Below, piece by piece: positions 37,112 to 49,277 of a stretch of DNA of 64,000 bases (its first letter is position 1; each line of letters starts with the position of its first letter). A program made the translations under genes and the position numbers. A model generated the notes under the pieces. That model was not told the origin of the DNA. It saw nothing but the letters and a program-made list of their open reading frames with translations, and ran no database searches. This stretch comes from TPA_inf: Saccharomyces (lineage: Eukaryota): contig BK006938.2 of assembly GCA_000146045.2 (NCBI GenBank), positions 1,184,001 through 1,248,000 on the forward strand, given 5' to 3'.

Positions 37112-38149
37112 TCATAATAGCATATCCATTCTTGAAAAGACTTCAAATACACCAGCAATAACTTCCAATTGTAAATCATGACCAGGATTGTTTTCTATCT
37201 CTTCTTTAACTTCCTTGTTTAAATTAACGGAGACACCTAACTCAGTTTCCTTTTCTAAATCAAATGGGTATTGCGAAAATTGTGCCATTATTTCTTCAGC
37301 TCTACTAATTGCCTTATCTCTCTTCTCATATTCCAACGTAGTCAGGACATTCTCCAATACGTTTGCCCCATATGATCCACATATTAAAGCTAAAGTTCTA
37401 ATGATTTTGAAAGATGTTGTCTCCGGAAAATATTCATTGTAACTTAATTCCATGTTCCTCGATACGAGTACAGAAAGTACTCTGCGCTTAATGGCTTCTT
37501 TGCAGCTGGCGTCTGCAATGGGGTGTGTCGCCATGTCAAACAAAAAGAAATTTTTCATTTCTGTTCTCAATACACCTTTATCGACCAAACCTTTTGCCAA
37601 TCTTTCCCTTACTTGTTTCAATTGATAGTTGATCTTTAAAAGGTTCCATGTTTCACCACTTAAAAGATCAATCCAGTTAGAAATTGACAAAGGTTCGTCG
37701 TTTTTCATCAATTGCAAAGTTTCATCCAGTAAAACTTCCCCAGTTTTGGAACTGTCAATAACTTCAATCAACCTTTCGGAAAGATCGAACCTTTTCCTGG
37801 CGGAATCATCTAAGATTCTGATTTTACCTCTTAACGCTAATTCTATAATTATACAACCACGCAAAGCATATGAAATACTATCATTCCAAAACGACAAATA
37901 TCCTTCTCTATCTCTTAAGCCCATCAATAAGACTTCTTCCATCAACGTTAACGTAGGGATATTGATGTTGTCTCTCAATTTCGATTCTTCTGGGTCATAT
38001 GCAATCTTTTTGTTTGTTCCATTGTCATCATCCCCGTCAACAGCAATATTTGCGATTTTGTCTCCTTTGGTATTGTTAGCAGAAGAATGAATGGAGGAAG
38101 TATCTCCAGAATCCGCCCTATTGACTCTACGACGTTGTAAAGTAGACAT
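37112..38149 (-). CDS. VPS74: Golgi PI4P-binding protein (GOLPH3 homolog), 345 aa
   Basis: The 345-aa [22 protein letters not shown]... matches Vps74. Confidence 0.9.
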
Positions 38150-38758
38150 GATTTTTGCTTTGTATTTTTTTAGATAGTTTTTGTTTGAATTCTTTTACGT
38201 TATCAGATCAAAAGTTGTAATGAAAATATAGCCAACAATGAAACTGCTAATTTAGCTCTATTTGTTAGCGTGGAAATTTGAAATTTATTTTTAATCTATA
38301 AATGCAGCAGCCCAAACCGAAACAAAAGAATAAGTGAGTTGAACAGAGTAAGCAACGGGCCGATATAGAACTGAAAAAGTCAACGTACCCAGAAAGCAAT
38401 TAACTGCGACACAAATAGATGTCAATGTCCAAAAAGGATAGATAAACAAGATTACGATCCAAGGCAGGGATCTAATTGTTTTTAGGTAAATGCGTACCCA
38501 TTAGCCTCTTTTTTTCAGTAGTAGTTGACTGCTCAGGAAGTAAAAAAATGAGCCAGAATTGATCATTAAAAACGAAAAAAGGGTAACTCTTCGGTGTATT
38601 TTTTATTATTATACCATAGAGTACTGAAATAATGTTTAATTTGTCAACGATTGAACTGATGAACTAGGGATATTACCTCCTGTTTTATAATTGTTGCTAG
38701 TTTAAGAATCGGCGAGAGTTATTTTGTGCTTGAAAACTGTTTTTGATTCAAAAAAAAA

Positions 38759-39331
38759 ATGGGAGCCAAGACGTCAAAGCTTTCCAAAGATGACCTGACA
38801 TGTTTGAAACAATCCACCTATTTTGATAGAAGAGAAATCCAGCAATGGCATAAAGGATTTTTGAGGGATTGCCCTAGTGGCCAACTAGCTAGGGAAGATT
38901 TTGTTAAGATATACAAACAGTTTTTTCCATTTGGTTCTCCTGAAGATTTTGCTAATCACCTTTTTACAGTTTTTGATAAAGACAACAATGGATTCATACA
39001 TTTTGAAGAGTTTATCACAGTTTTGAGTACAACGTCCAGAGGAACTTTGGAGGAAAAACTGAGCTGGGCTTTCGAACTTTATGATTTGAACCATGATGGA
39101 TATATTACATTTGATGAAATGCTAACCATTGTGGCGAGTGTTTATAAAATGATGGGGTCTATGGTTACACTTAATGAGGATGAGGCAACGCCCGAAATGA
39201 GGGTAAAGAAGATCTTCAAGTTGATGGATAAGAACGAAGATGGTTACATTACGCTGGACGAATTCAGAGAAGGTTCTAAAGTCGATCCCTCTATTATTGG
39301 TGCCTTAAACCTTTACGATGGCTTAATATGA
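38759..39331 (+). CDS. FRQ1: N-myristoylated EF-hand calcium sensor (frequenin/NCS-1 homolog), 190 aa
   Basis: Begins MGAKTSKL with a myristoylation Gly2 and has multiple EF-hand loops ([39 protein letters not shown]). Confidence 0.92.
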
Positions 39332-39473
39332 AAACTTTGTTTTTGCTTCTTATGGATTGGATGTTATAACAGTAGAAGTAATTTTAGGATAATTTTAAAT
39401 AAAAATAATATTAAAAATAATAATAATACTAATAATAAATGAGAATAAAATGTTGATAAATGAGGGATAAGGT

Positions 39474-40394
39474 CTATTCATACGTCTCATCCAAGAAGGA
39501 GAAAATATCAGAATCTTGAGTTTTAAATAGATTAATTATTGAAATTCCAATCGAATATGGAATTTCTTGAGTATCTCTGGAATGTGTTATCGGTTTCATT
39601 TCATTGGATGGTATCAAAAACCTTTTTAACGATCTGTTATTTATATCACGCACGATCACCCATCTTACTTTAAAGGCTTTGCCATATTTTTGTTCATCTT
39701 CCCATATACTGGTGTCCAAATCCATTTTCAAATCCGATACCATTTCTGCAACGCCACAGAATCTTCCTGATGTGTTGATTGAAAAAAATAAAAACACTTT
39801 GGCTCCCGAATTAAGCTTTTTATATGCCTCAGATAGCCTTTTGTTGCCGAAATGAGTAGACGACCAAATTCCGTTGTAAAACGACCTTTTGACATGCTTC
39901 AAAGACGAGGACTTTATTACAAAAAATCTTGAGTTTTCTGGAATATTTAACCAAGGGGGAATAATTGCAGCACTTTTTCTTTTATTAATTTCATTGAAAG
40001 TTTGTTCTTTAGTTGACTGCTGCAAATACCTTGGTTTGGATAAATATTCCCTGTAATAATTATTATTGCTATTATCAGATTGGTTGTAGTCTCTAGAAAA
40101 GGAGAAATGCCGATTTAAATTTGAGCTTGTCAATGGAATACTATTAATCTGGTGTGTATAGTTTTCATGAGTGATCTCTTCTTTATTTTCTTTCTTGTTA
40201 ATATCATTTAAAGCTGTGACATCGTTCTTTAGCTTTGGGTTTGTTTGTACTTCAATATGAGTTCTCTCCAAGGAATGGATCAACCCATCTAGTTCTCTTA
40301 AAGAGTCTTCAATTGTCCTGTCATTTCTCTTATTTTCTTTCCATTCAGAGTTGAAGTAAAAATTTGGGGGACCTGTAGACCAGATTTGATTCAT
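39474..40394 (-). CDS. PHO92: YTH-domain RNA-binding protein, 306 aa from MNQIWST...
   Basis: The ORF track gives 312 aa. The C-terminal YTH-like region (WSSTHFGNKRLSEAYKK...) is present, and the known product begins at the second Met. Confidence 0.8.
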   Translation of the reverse strand: MNQIWSTGPPNFYFNSEWKENKRNDRTIEDSLRELDGLIHSLERTHIEVQTNPKLKNDVTALNDINKKENKEEITHENYTHQINSIPLTSSNLNRHFSFSRDYNQSDNSNNNYYREYLSKPRYLQQSTKEQTFNEINKRKSAAIIPPWLNIPENSRFFVIKSSSLKHVKRSFYNGIWSSTHFGNKRLSEAYKKLNSGAKVFLFFSINTSGRFCGVAEMVSDLKMDLDTSIWEDEQKYGKAFKVRWVIVRDINNRSLKRFLIPSNEMKPITHSRDTQEIPYSIGISIINLFKTQDSDIFSFLDETYE

Positions 40395-40756
40395 TTTTAG
40401 AGCACAACGCAATACTTACGTCACACCAGCCGTAGACGATATCTTCCTTTCTTAACGAAATAGTAACAGAGGACACAATCTGAAAACTTCTTTTGCGATT
40501 CATAACCAACAGAAAATTTTGGAGGAAAACAATGTAGCTGTATAAATATATATATATATATATGTATGTATACTTATTTATTTATATATATATCACAAAA
40601 GGCTACCAAAAAGATTAGCCGCCGAGGTACATCGTGAGGAGTGATATTCTGGGGAAACGGGTAGCGATTTCGTGTCTATTTTCGGTCACCAAGTCAACGT
40701 TACTTACTGTCGTATAACCAAAGTACAACAATAGCAACAGTTCCTAACATTCTTCC

Positions 40757-41026
40757 ATGGATACGGAAGCATTGGCCAATTATTTGCTACGGCAGCTTAG
40801 TTTAGATGCGGAGGAGAATAAGCTAGAAGATCTTCTCCAACGGCAAAATGAAGATCAAGAGTCTAGTCAAGAATATAACAAGAAATTATTATTGGCATGT
40901 GGATTTCAGGCCATTTTAAGAAAAATTCTGCTGGATGCTAGAACAAGGGCAACTGCAGAAGGTTTGAGGGAAGTATATCCTTATCATATTGAAGCTGCAA
41001 CGCAGGCTTTTCTGGATAGTCAATGA
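40757..41026 (+). CDS. WIP1: Small kinetochore protein (CENP-W-like), 89 aa, YDR374W-A
   Basis: 89-aa [25 protein letters not shown]... matching YDR374W-A. Confidence 0.7.
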
Positions 41027-41165
41027 AGGGGTATTTTTAAGCCTCTTTATCATATACTCTTTTGTTCGTAATAGCAAATAACTCGGTCTTATTAACGAGA
41101 AAAAGTTAAAGCATCTTCTGAATTTTTATTATATACAAGTTATGTAGTAAGGCGCCACTTAGCAC

Positions 41166-42536
41166 CTAGAAAATATGATTAGCGTTCCGTAAGCTGGAGA
41201 CCATTTTCAACGCATCGTGTGGTGCATCTTTATTCATAACGAAAAGTCCTTGCAACTGGGCGGTACTTACGGTGATATCCAATTCTTTAACACTATTTAC
41301 AAACTTTTTGCATATATCAGTCTCACCTGGGTAAAATTTCATAAACATTTTTTCTACCTGGTATGGAGTTGCGTTACCAACGAAGACTTTGTAGTCAATA
41401 CGACCTGGTCTCATTATAGCCGCGTCTAGCTTTTCAGGATGATTGGTAGTCATGAATGTAATAGTTTCTTCAGAAGATGTGACGCCATCCAGGGCATTCA
41501 GTAAACCGCTAAATGTTACGCTAGAATGAAAACCTTGTTCACCAGTTTGACTTCTTTTGTTGAACGCCGCGTCAATATCTTCCAGTAATAGTATGCTCCT
41601 TTCTGGCATGTTATTCATTAAGTGGTTTAATCTGTCATCTGTTAAATTATTTTCGGAGAGGTTTAAAATACAAATGTTGTAGTCTAATTCGCCCGCTAAA
41701 GCCTGGATAAAGCTAGTCTTACCAGATCCGGGAGGGCCATAGAGTAAATATCCCCTGCGATATGGGATACCCCTGTCAGAGTACCATTTGCCGTTCTTCA
41801 TAAAATCATAAACGTCATCGAGAATACCCTCTTTGATGCCACTGTCCAAAATGACGGAGGGCAGCATCCTTTTAGCTTTTGGTTGACCAAACTTTCTCCA
41901 TTCAGGGCCGAAAGAAGTGTAAATAACAGTCTTGCCCTCAGTAGTCTTCAGGGCTATGTCTTTAGCCTCGTTCAAAATGTCATCGAACAAATGTTTGTCA
42001 CGGTACAGTGTAGTTAAGGTTACGGTCTCAAATGGTGACCCGTTTGCGATATCTATCATTTTTGCGGACCTTTCTCTTTTAATCAGGATAAAAGCACCCT
42101 TATAACGAATCCAATGATTTCCCGGACCCGGAACCAGCGAAAATTTTGTACTAACTGATCCATTGTCATGTTGTATGTAGTTTGTCCTAACGGATAAGTG
42201 TCTAGATACCCTTTGAGGATGTTTGGCCATCCATGTTAGAAACCAGGCGTATGATTTGTCCTTCGACTGAATCTCTAAGTCGACAATCATTTGTCGGTAT
42301 AGGACCCTGCTGGCTTTTATTATACCGGATCTAGCTACAGCTAAACCTGTACCAAGGATCATAAGACCACCGCCGGCGGCAAAATAGGGATTGTTTGACA
42401 TAGCATCGCCAACTAGTTTTGAAAGTTTTTCCCGGACTGAGTCATTACCAGTTTCATTTGTTGGCGGAGTAATTACACCACTCAGATTTGGAGTAGCCTG
42501 TTTATCATATTGTATGTCAATCGGCTTATCCGACAT
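41166..42536 (-). CDS. BCS1: Mitochondrial inner-membrane AAA ATPase required for Rieske Fe-S assembly into complex III, 456 aa from MSDKPIDIQ
   Basis: Walker A motif GPPGSGKTS is present and the AAA module lies in the C-terminal half. The known start is the Met 11 codons into the track ORF. Confidence 0.88.
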
Positions 42537-42821
42537 GGTAGATTGAGGGCACACTTCATTTTTTTTCAAATCGTCCCTTGGTACGTCTACTGCGTTGCAA
42601 ATATAGAAGAGTGGAAATCTTTACTTATACTATTTACATCGATTTTTCGGCACTCTTTAAGGGTAACTCAATCGAGATATAATTCGAAGAGCAGTAAACT
42701 ATAGCTCGAACGTAACAGAAAGTTTTTTGCTTGCTATAGTTCTTGGCCACAACGCCTCATTCATTCATTTAGAAAGTTTCTCACTCTTTCTTCTTCCTTT
42801 TTTAGCTCATTACTTGTGAAA

Positions 42822-44303
42822 ATGAGCTTTGTTCAAATAAGGCACATTTCTTCACAAATAAACCGTAAGACTGTATCCATTGTTGGATCGGGGCCTTCCG
42901 GCTTTTATACAGCGTACCATTTACTCAAGAAGTCACCGATTCCATTAAATGTTACTATATGGGAAAAGTTACCTGTTCCTTTTGGTTTAAGTAGATATGG
43001 TGTGGCACCTGATCATCCAGAAGTCAAAAATTGTGAAGAAACGTTTACCACATGTGCAGAAGAGTTTTCTTCCCCTACAAACCAAAAGCATAAATTTTCC
43101 TTTGTTGGTGGTATAACCATTGGAAAAGAAATATTGTTGAAGGAATTGCTGGATAATCAAGATGCTGTTATTTTAAGTTATGGTTGTACAGGGGACAGAA
43201 AGCTGAATATCCCTGGCGAACTCGGAACAAAAGGGGTGTTTAGCAGTAGAGAATTTGTCAATTGGTACAATGGTCATCCTGATTTCGCAAAGGATAAGCG
43301 ATTTACCGATTTTGACTGGAGCAAAGTTTCGAAAGTTGGTATTATAGGAAACGGTAACGTTGCTCTTGATATTACGCGTGTACTTATTTCTAATCAAATT
43401 GATGAAATATGGGAAAATACGGACATCTCATCTCTTGCACTAAATTTGCTAAGAAGGGCACCTGTAAAGGACGTTAAGCTAATTGCACGAAGGGATTTCG
43501 TTCATTCCAAATTCACCAACAAAGAATTAAGAGAACTATGGGAGTTAGAAAAGTATGGCATACGTGGCCGTATTGATCCTAAATTTTTCCAGAAAGAAAT
43601 GTTTGACCCATCTAAGTACGATCGTGCATTCAATAGACGAGTAGAGATGTGTAGTGAGTATCTCAAGCCATTTAATGAACGTTCGAAGAAAAACTATAAA
43701 AAGGCTCCTCCTCCAAGCAGCGGATATGACAAATTCTGGGAGTTAGATTATTTGAAGACTCCCTTGAAAATTAATAGAGACGATTTTGGTGCAATCAACT
43801 CTTTGAGTTTATGTAACAATCGATTAAATGAAGATAACAGTTTGCAACCCTTGAAGGACGTCAATAATATTATGACATATAAAGTGGATTTGCTGATTAC
43901 TTCATTGGGATATGCAGGCGTTCCCATGCCTGAATTCTCTAAGTTGTCTATTGGATTTGACAAAGATCATATAGCTAATAAACAGGGTCGTGTTTTAACT
44001 TCCAGCGGAGAAATATTCCCACATTTATATGCATCTGGTTGGATCCGTAAGGGCAGCCAGGGCGTTATTGCCTCGACAATGCAAGATGCTTTTGAAGTTG
44101 GAGACAGAGTAATACAAGACTTGGTGGTCAGCGGAGCGCTATCCTTAGAGAATTCTATCGACCTCTCTAATATCAAGCACACCACATGGAAGGATTGGGA
44201 AAGAATCAACAAGAAGGAATTGCTTCGGGGCAAAAAGGAACACAAAACTCGGTCAAAGTTTTTAACTTTTGAAGAGTTGTGGAACGGTGTAGAAGGCATA
44301 TAA
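42822..44303 (+). CDS. ARH1: Mitochondrial adrenodoxin reductase homolog (FAD/NADPH oxidoreductase), 493 aa
   Basis: FAD-binding GxGxxG (VGSGPSGFYTA) and NADPH-binding (GIIGNGNVALD) motifs. Matches Arh1. Confidence 0.88.
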   Translation: MSFVQIRHISSQINRKTVSIVGSGPSGFYTAYHLLKKSPIPLNVTIWEKLPVPFGLSRYGVAPDHPEVKNCEETFTTCAEEFSSPTNQKHKFSFVGGITIGKEILLKELLDNQDAVILSYGCTGDRKLNIPGELGTKGVFSSREFVNWYNGHPDFAKDKRFTDFDWSKVSKVGIIGNGNVALDITRVLISNQIDEIWENTDISSLALNLLRRAPVKDVKLIARRDFVHSKFTNKELRELWELEKYGIRGRIDPKFFQKEMFDPSKYDRAFNRRVEMCSEYLKPFNERSKKNYKKAPPPSSGYDKFWELDYLKTPLKINRDDFGAINSLSLCNNRLNEDNSLQPLKDVNNIMTYKVDLLITSLGYAGVPMPEFSKLSIGFDKDHIANKQGRVLTSSGEIFPHLYASGWIRKGSQGVIASTMQDAFEVGDRVIQDLVVSGALSLENSIDLSNIKHTTWKDWERINKKELLRGKKEHKTRSKFLTFEELWNGVEGI

Positions 44304-44610
44304 AATAGATCGTTAATATATTTCTAACATCTTCTTGTAAATGTAAATATTTTAAAAGGGTTGATCTTATTACGGAGAGAACCAATCATATCGAAGGATT
44401 TCTCAATAGTAAGTATCCCGCGCGTGGTCCTCGGGGAAATAGAACGAGAAACTTCAAGTACTTGATAGCAAGAAAGTGAGTGCTTGGCTTCCCCATTTTG
44501 ATTATAAAGAAAGGCATTATTTTCTAGGGCAAGAAAAGACATTGTTGAAATTGTTCCAGAAACTTTCATTTAAAGTCTTTCGTGAAAGGAGTGGACGTCA
44601 AAAAGAAATA

Positions 44611-44916
44611 ATGATTTTTAAACGTGCAGTATCTACATTGATTCCTCCAAAAGTTGTGTCTTCCAAGAATATAGGTTCGGCACCAAATGCCAAGCGCATT
44701 GCTAATGTTGTTCACTTTTATAAGTCTTTGCCTCAAGGACCAGCACCAGCCATCAAGGCTAACACTAGATTGGCCAGATACAAAGCCAAGTACTTTGATG
44801 GGGATAATGCTAGTGGTAAACCATTGTGGCATTTTGCTCTAGGTATAATTGCCTTTGGCTATTCCATGGAATATTATTTTCATTTGAGACATCATAAAGG
44901 TGCGGAAGAGCATTGA
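44611..44916 (+). CDS. ATP17: F1F0 ATP synthase subunit f, 101 aa with N-terminal presequence
   Basis: MIFKRAVSTLIPPKVVSS... matches Atp17. The upstream in-frame ATG of the 146-aa track ORF is not expected to be used. Confidence 0.8.
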   Translation: MIFKRAVSTLIPPKVVSSKNIGSAPNAKRIANVVHFYKSLPQGPAPAIKANTRLARYKAKYFDGDNASGKPLWHFALGIIAFGYSMEYYFHLRHHKGAEEH

Positions 44917-45210
44917 ACGTGGAGTTTTACTTTTGTAGAAAATTCTTTATTTTAAGCCTTTTTAAACCAAACATGCAAAGAGAAGAAAAACTTTTTGGTA
45001 AATCCAAATAATTTTTGAGCGAAATTGAAAGGAGTACATAAGTGATAGAACAAAATTTCGTTGTTTTCATATGTCTATAAGGAAACTCCGTCACTTTCTG
45101 GCTCTATTCATTTTTTCTTTAGTAAAGCATAAAAATAATGAGACGGAGAGTAAACTTTACAATATATATTCATAAAAATTCATTAAAATAAAACTGTTCG
45201 ATCCTATTCG

Positions 45211-45268
45211 ATATACACACACACATATATATATATATGTATATAGATATGGGTGTGTTTGTGTGTAT
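45211..45268. repeat. Imperfect inverted repeat (AC)n-(AT)n-(GT)n between convergent ATP17 and LSM6
   Basis: atacacacacacatatatatatatatgtatatagatatgggtgtgtttgtgtgtat. The arms are reverse complements of each other. Confidence 0.7.
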
Positions 45269-45348
45269 CCGTGCTAAACTCGCAAATGCAACTTTATGTC
45301 AAACCAACTTGCTCATTCCTACATATTAATCCATTAGAGGAGATAAGT

Positions 45349-45609
45349 CTATATTTTTTGTTCACTGATATACATGACCTGCGTGCCCCTCAAAAAGACA
45401 TCACTATTGAACTTATTTAGAAGCTTATTGTTATTACTCTCGTAGTGTTCAGTGGCACTCGATAGTGCAACATTCATAAAACCATCAATGGATTCCAATC
45501 TTCCGCTGTAGAGTAAACCCGAGGCAAGTTTGACGTTCACTGTCTTACCAATGATATCAGAGAGAAACTCCGTAGTAACGCTACCCTCTGTAGAAGCTTT
45601 TCCGGACAT
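45349..45609 (-). CDS. LSM6: Sm-like protein Lsm6, 86 aa
   Basis: MSGKASTEGSVTTEFLSDIIGKTVNVKLASGLLYSGRLESIDGFMNVAL... has the Sm fold signature. The track ORF adds a 37-codon upstream extension. Confidence 0.85.
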   Translation of the reverse strand: MSGKASTEGSVTTEFLSDIIGKTVNVKLASGLLYSGRLESIDGFMNVALSSATEHYESNNNKLLNKFNSDVFLRGTQVMYISEQKI

Positions 45610-46166
45610 CACTAATAATCTCTGCTTGTTTTGCTTATACTGTGCAATGCCATATTTTCTCGTTAATATGGCGTCTTGTGCATTATTGAATGGGTTGCTG
45701 CGACGTTGCTTATTTGGCATTGTACACGAACAGCTGCCCCCGGGTAAAATGTTTTAATAATAGAAATATCTTACATTAAACGGCTAAAAGAAAGGCCTAT
45801 AGTCGTAATAACATTTATTTCCTACACATAACCCAGTTAATTAGCCACAGTGATATTCGATTTATGCCGCTTCAATTGTGCTTAAATCGTTGCATCGCTT
45901 CAGTAACTTTTAATTGTAATGATAATGCACGTCAATTTAGTTTCCCATTCGGGTAAACAGTATCAGGTCGAGATATGAAAATTGGCATTCCTTGGAGAAT
46001 GTTAGCCAGAAGATCGATCAGTCGACTCCCCTATTGATTAACATTTCATCTTTGCATACTTGGCGTTTCTAATCCTTATCTTTTATTACCAAGAGTTCAT
46101 TGTACTTTTAATAAAGTGAAATATAACGTAGCATCTCAAGAGCAAGGAGATTTTGATGAAAAAAAT

Positions 46167-49100
46167 ATGTCAGCTGACCCTATTAATGACCAATCGTCTT
46201 TATGTGTGAGGTGCAATAAATCAATCGCGTCTAGCCAGGTATACGAATTAGAAAGCAAAAAATGGCATGACCAGTGCTTTACATGCTACAAATGTGACAA
46301 AAAATTGAACGCAGATTCAGACTTTTTGGTTCTGGATATAGGTACATTAATTTGTTACGACTGCTCAGATAAATGTACAAATTGTGGCGATAAAATAGAC
46401 GACACAGCAATTATACTGCCTTCCTCAAATGAGGCCTATTGTTCCAATTGTTTCAGATGCTGTCGGTGCAGCAACCGTATAAAGAACTTAAAGTATGCAA
46501 AGACAAAACGAGGACTATGTTGTATGGATTGTCACGAGAAATTGTTGAGAAAAAAACAACTATTACTGGAAAATCAAACAAAAAATTCATCGAAAGAAGA
46601 TTTTCCCATAAAACTTCCTGAAAGATCAGTCAAAAGGCCCTTGTCACCCACCAGAATAAATGGTAAGTCAGATGTCAGTACAAACAACACCGCAATAAGT
46701 AAGAACCTTGTAAGCTCGAATGAGGATCAACAGCTCACTCCACAAGTTTTAGTATCACAAGAAAGAGATGAATCATCGTTGAATGACAATAATGATAATG
46801 ATAACAGCAAGGACAGGGAGGAAACATCTTCTCACGCAAGGACGGTTTCTATTGACGACATTCTGAACTCTACTTTGGAACACGATAGTAATAGCATTGA
46901 AGAGCAGAGTTTGGTGGATAATGAGGACTACATCAACAAAATGGGTGAAGACGTAACCTATAGGCTATTAAAACCACAAAGAGCAAATCGAGATTCCATA
47001 GTGGTAAAGGATCCGAGGATCCCAAATTCGAACTCGAACGCGAATAGATTCTTTTCAATTTATGATAAAGAAGAGACAGACAAAGATGATACAGACAACA
47101 AAGAGAATGAAATCATCGTCAACACACCCAGAAATAGCACTGATAAAATTACAAGTCCTTTGAACAGCCCTATGGCTGTACAAATGAACGAAGAGGTCGA
47201 ACCTCCGCATGGACTGGCATTAACTTTATCAGAAGCTACGAAAGAAAATAACAAATCATCTCAAGGTATTCAAACGTCAACTTCCAAATCTATGAATCAT
47301 GTCTCCCCGATTACAAGAACCGATACCGTAGAAATGAAAACATCAACCTCTTCATCGACATTACGTTTGTCTGATAATGGAAGTTTCAGCAGGCCTCAAA
47401 CAGCAGATAACTTATTGCCGCATAAAAAAGTAGCACCCTCTCCAAACAAAAAACTTTCAAGATCGTTTTCTTTGAAGTCCAAAAATTTTGTTCACAACCT
47501 GAAAAGTAAAACTTCGGAAATGCTGGACCCAAAGCATCCCCATCACAGCACTTCTATACAGGAATCAGACACTCATTCTGGCTGGGGTGTTTCCTCTACT
47601 CATACAAATATAAGAAAATCAAAAGCCAAAAAAAATCCTGTATCAAGAGGCCAAAGTGACAGTACAATATACAATACTCTACCACAACATGGAAATTTTA
47701 CAGTACCGGAGTTTAATCACAAAAAAGCGCAAAGCAGCCTTGGCAGTATATCCAAAAAGCAAAATTCTAATGATACAGCCACTAATAGACGCATAAATGG
47801 TTCATTTACAAGTTCAAGCTCGGGGCATCATATAGCAATGTTCCGTACGCCGCCTTTGGAATCAGGGCCATTATTTAAGAGGCCATCTCTGTCATCTGAG
47901 TCCGCACACCACAGATCTTCTAGCTTACAGACGTCTAGATCCACTAATGCATTGTTGGAAGACGATTCCACGAAAGTGGATGCTACTGATGAAAGCGCTA
48001 CAAGCTTGGAAAAGGACTTTTACTTTACTGAGTTGACTTTAAGGAAGTTAAAATTAGATGTGAGGGAACTAGAAGGTACGAAGAAAAAATTATTACAAGA
48101 TGTTGAAAATCTAAGATTAGCGAAAGAGAGGCTGTTAAATGATGTTGACAATTTAACAAGAGAAAAGGATAAGCAATCTGCATCTTCCCGGGAGTCCTTA
48201 GAACAAAAAGAAAACATTGCAACATCAATCACTGTAAAGTCACCAAGTTCAAATTCCGACAGAAAAGGGAGCATATCTAATGCCAGTCCTAAACCACGCT
48301 TCTGGAAAATATTTTCAAGTGCTAAGGATCACCAGGTAGGCGATCTAGAATCACAGCAACGTTCGCCAAATTCATCTTCAGGCGGAACGACAAATATAGC
48401 ACAGAAAGAAATATCATCACCGAAATTAATTCGAGTACACGATGAGCTTCCTTCTCCAGGCAAAGTACCACTGTCGCCAAGTCCAAAGAGATTAGATTAT
48501 ACGCCTGATGGTTCCCATTTATATGGATCTTCGCTACAAGCTCGATGTGCGTATGAAAAAAGTACTGTTCCAATAATTATCAGGTGCTGCATTGATCGCA
48601 TTGAAAAAGATGATATAGGCCTGAACATGGAAGGCTTATACAGAAAGTCGGGCTCACAGACTTTGGTTGAGGAGATCGAAAATGAATTCGCTCAGAATAA
48701 TTCGTTGCATAGTGATACATTAAGTCCCAAACTGAATGCTTTACTGAATCAAGATATTCATGCAGTGGCTAGCGTATTAAAACGATATTTGAGAAAACTA
48801 CCAGATCCAGTTTTATCATTTTCCATATACGATGCCTTGATAGATCTAGTTAGAAATAACCAACTAATTGAGAGGCTACCATTAAACAACGACAAGTTTT
48901 TGGATTCACCACAAAAAGTGACTATTTATGAAATGGTGCTCAAAAGCCTACTTGAAATTTTCAAAATTTTACCCGTAGAGCATCAGGAAGTATTGAAAGT
49001 ATTGGCAGCACATATCGGCAAAGTTCGAAGGTGCAGTGAAAGAAATTTAATGAACTTACATAACTTGTCGTTGGTCTTTGCACCGAGTCTTATCCACGAT

Positions 49101-49196
49101 TTTGACGGCGAGAAAGATATTGTGGACATGAAGGAGAGGAATTATATCGTGGAATTTATACTTGGAAACTATAGAGACATATTTAAGCAAGCATAA
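46167..49196 (+). CDS. RGA2: Rho-GAP for Cdc42 with N-terminal LIM domains, 1009 aa from MSADPINDQ
   Basis: Two CxxC...HxxC LIM repeats at the N-terminus and a RhoGAP domain at the C-terminus (GLYRKSGS...). The known start is 17 codons into the track ORF. Confidence 0.85.
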   Translation: MSADPINDQSSLCVRCNKSIASSQVYELESKKWHDQCFTCYKCDKKLNADSDFLVLDIGTLICYDCSDKCTNCGDKIDDTAIILPSSNEAYCSNCFRCCRCSNRIKNLKYAKTKRGLCCMDCHEKLLRKKQLLLENQTKNSSKEDFPIKLPERSVKRPLSPTRINGKSDVSTNNTAISKNLVSSNEDQQLTPQVLVSQERDESSLNDNNDNDNSKDREETSSHARTVSIDDILNSTLEHDSNSIEEQSLVDNEDYINKMGEDVTYRLLKPQRANRDSIVVKDPRIPNSNSNANRFFSIYDKEETDKDDTDNKENEIIVNTPRNSTDKITSPLNSPMAVQMNEEVEPPHGLALTLSEATKENNKSSQGIQTSTSKSMNHVSPITRTDTVEMKTSTSSSTLRLSDNGSFSRPQTADNLLPHKKVAPSPNKKLSRSFSLKSKNFVHNLKSKTSEMLDPKHPHHSTSIQESDTHSGWGVSSTHTNIRKSKAKKNPVSRGQSDSTIYNTLPQHGNFTVPEFNHKKAQSSLGSISKKQNSNDTATNRRINGSFTSSSSGHHIAMFRTPPLESGPLFKRPSLSSESAHHRSSSLQTSRSTNALLEDDSTKVDATDESATSLEKDFYFTELTLRKLKLDVRELEGTKKKLLQDVENLRLAKERLLNDVDNLTREKDKQSASSRESLEQKENIATSITVKSPSSNSDRKGSISNASPKPRFWKIFSSAKDHQVGDLESQQRSPNSSSGGTTNIAQKEISSPKLIRVHDELPSPGKVPLSPSPKRLDYTPDGSHLYGSSLQARCAYEKSTVPIIIRCCIDRIEKDDIGLNMEGLYRKSGSQTLVEEIENEFAQNNSLHSDTLSPKLNALLNQDIHAVASVLKRYLRKLPDPVLSFSIYDALIDLVRNNQLIERLPLNNDKFLDSPQKVTIYEMVLKSLLEIFKILPVEHQEVLKVLAAHIGKVRRCSERNLMNLHNLSLVFAPSLIHDFDGEKDIVDMKERNYIVEFILGNYRDIFKQA

Positions 49197-49277
49197 TACA
49201 GATTTGCAAAAGTTAAATAAACATAGGATAGATTAAATAAGAAATCATATGAAAAAAGAATAAAGTAAGAAAATAGT

